A stretch of DNA of 64,000 nt, taken from positions 1 to 64,000 of the forward strand of contig JAXMOL010000021.1 in the NCBI GenBank assembly GCA_034669905.1. The letters run 5' to 3'. Position 1 is the stretch's first letter. Every line of letters starts with the position of its first letter. The translations under genes and the position numbers were made by a program. Source of the DNA: Candidatus Hydrogenedentota bacterium. GTDB taxonomy: Bacteria; Hydrogenedentota; Hydrogenedentia; Hydrogenedentales; JAEUWI01. Positions 62,440 through 64,000 of the stretch are shown piece after piece. The notes below the pieces were generated by a model. It did no database searches and had not been told where the DNA came from. It saw only the letters and a list, made by a program, of their open reading frames with translations.

Positions 62440-63678
62440 ATGCATCTTTTCCTGGCAGGCGCGCTTTGTGCCATGGCGTTCACCGCAGCACCGCAGTTTT
62501 ATGAAGAGCATGTGTTTCCACCCGAGAAGGTTCACAACCACAGTTCCACGATCGTGGAGACGCCGAATGGCAATCTGCTCGTCGCCTGGTTTCACGGTCG
62601 CGGCGAAAAAACGGATGACACACTGATCCTTCTCGGTGCCCGGAAAGAAAAGGGTTCCTCTCAATGGAGTCGTCCATTCCTATTGGCGGATAACCCCGGG
62701 CTCCCGGATCAGAATCCGGTGTTGTTTATCGATCCCCAGGGGAAGCTCTATCTCTGGTGGATTTCTTCGCTGGCCAATACGCGGGAAAGCTTCCTGCTGC
62801 AATACCGCACGTCCATGGACTACGAGGGACCCGGGGTGCCGGAGTGGGACTGGAATGGAACCATTCTCGAGCAGCCCATAGACCTGGCGGGGACCATGGA
62901 AAAGATGGCAGCCGGTGTGGAGGCCAAATTTGGTGCGCACTTTGACAGCGCGTCAAAATACCGCGAGCGCCTGCAGCACGGCGTCCACATGAGCCAGATT
63001 GACAGCACCTACCTGAGCGAATGGAAGGAGCCGGTCTTCGGCCGCCTCACAGGCATGCTGAGTTGGATGCCCCGTACGCCGCCCATCATGCTGACGGAAA
63101 AGCGGATGGCTATTGGCCTCTACTCGGATCTCTATCTTACTTCCGTGACCGGTTTCACCGAGGACGGCGGTAAAACGTGGGCGTATGGTGCGCCTATGGC
63201 GGACTATGGCCTTATCCAGCCGGCACTCATCGCGCGGAAGGATGGCACGGTGGTGGCCTACGGCAGAGACAAGAGTCCAAACAAAAAAGTAAGGGTGGCC
63301 GAGTCCGACGACGGCGGTGTGCACTGGAATCGATTTTACGATCTCGCTATTCCGAACCCCGATTCCAGCGTCGCGGTACTCAAGCTGGCCGAGGGGGCCT
63401 GGGTCATGATTTGCAATGACCTCGCGGGCACCGATGGACGTCATGGCCGTTCGCGGCTCAGCGCCTACTTGTCGGAGGACGAAGGGAAGACCTGGCCCGT
63501 GCGGCGTGTTATAGAAGACAGCACGAAAGGCCCGACCTACCGTCCCCACGCTTCTTACCCATCCGCAATTCAGACATCCGACGGGCTGATTCAAGTCACC
63601 TACACGTACACGCTGGATTCCGGGGAATGCATAAAGCGCGTCGCCTTTAACGAAGACTGGGTTCGCGCGGGAAAGTAG
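62440..63678 (+). CDS. Secreted BNR/Asp-box sialidase-like protein
   Basis: HSSTIVE.PNG.LL.AWF.G.GE, DQNPVL, TEDGGKTW, SDDGGVHW, SEDEGKTW, SYP. Confidence 0.85.
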   Translation: MHLFLAGALCAMAFTAAPQFYEEHVFPPEKVHNHSSTIVETPNGNLLVAWFHGRGEKTDDTLILLGARKEKGSSQWSRPFLLADNPGLPDQNPVLFIDPQGKLYLWWISSLANTRESFLLQYRTSMDYEGPGVPEWDWNGTILEQPIDLAGTMEKMAAGVEAKFGAHFDSASKYRERLQHGVHMSQIDSTYLSEWKEPVFGRLTGMLSWMPRTPPIMLTEKRMAIGLYSDLYLTSVTGFTEDGGKTWAYGAPMADYGLIQPALIARKDGTVVAYGRDKSPNKKVRVAESDDGGVHWNRFYDLAIPNPDSSVAVLKLAEGAWVMICNDLAGTDGRHGRSRLSAYLSEDEGKTWPVRRVIEDSTKGPTYRPHASYPSAIQTSDGLIQVTYTYTLDSGECIKRVAFNEDWVRAGK

Positions 63679-63770
63679 GAACAAGGCCAATCGCGCCGTG
63701 CTATAGTAGAAAAAAGGATGTATCCAGATGGTGGATGGATGTGGGTTTAACGGTCGGATTATGAGCGACA

Positions 63771-64000
63771 ATGAAGCTTGAGTTGAACCGAGAAGAAGTC
63801 GAGGACGCCATTCATCTGGGTGACGTATCGGACCCCTGTCCCTACTTGCCCGGGGAGTCGGCTACCTTTCGTTTCGGGAACGGCTACCTGATTGATGGCC
63901 ACTACCAGGAGCTGCTGGATTGGGGCTATCGCCGCAATGGCCGCTATGTGTACCGGCCCGTGTGCAGCCAGTGCCGGGAGTGTTGGGTGATGCGGGTGCC
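63771..64000 (+). CDS. bpt: Arginyl-tRNA--protein transferase-like / Asp,Glu leucyltransferase (Bpt), 3' truncated
   Basis: My translation: MKLELNREEVEDAIHLGDVSDPCPYLPGESATF...YQELLDWGYRRNGRYVYRPVCSQCRECWVMRV. It shows the CPYLP and G(F/Y)RR.G...Y.P.C..C..C signature. Confidence 0.88.
   Translation, partial: MKLELNREEVEDAIHLGDVSDPCPYLPGESATFRFGNGYLIDGHYQELLDWGYRRNGRYVYRPVCSQCRECWVMRV

Overview
GC-rich bacterial chromosome window. The (Gly-Glu)n/EF-hand surface proteins and the '[23 protein letters not shown]' prepilin-type protein suggest Candidatus Hydrogenedentota or a related lineage (inference only). Housekeeping genes: leuS, thiC, birA, aidB, a yyaL-like gene, a partial bpt/ate and tRNA-Pro(GGG). 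There is a complete osmoprotection locus (MarR/EctR, ectABCD, ehuBCDA, a MarC gene) and many secreted glycan-processing enzymes: four BNR/sialidase-like proteins, a DUF4038 protein, a sulfatase, a DUF4838-CBM9-like fusion, two Gfo/Idh/MocA enzymes and two tandem SSS symporters. An Rrf2/SLC13 sulfur-type pair has a clear promoter and operator. No CRISPR array, integrase or intact transposase was seen. Best leads: (1) a shared EF-hand + 'GC-x7-11-GD-TM-basic' C-terminal module on two adjacent surface proteins, a candidate sorting signal; (2) a ~185-nt rod-like intergenic hairpin, a candidate ncRNA; (3) a structured thiC leader with no visible canonical TPP riboswitch; (4) a PUA/EVE-like + HsdR_N-like fusion beside tRNA-Pro; (5) a membrane sensor with no output domain; (6) a nested REP-doublet element. 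All family calls come from motif recognition by eye; no database was searched.
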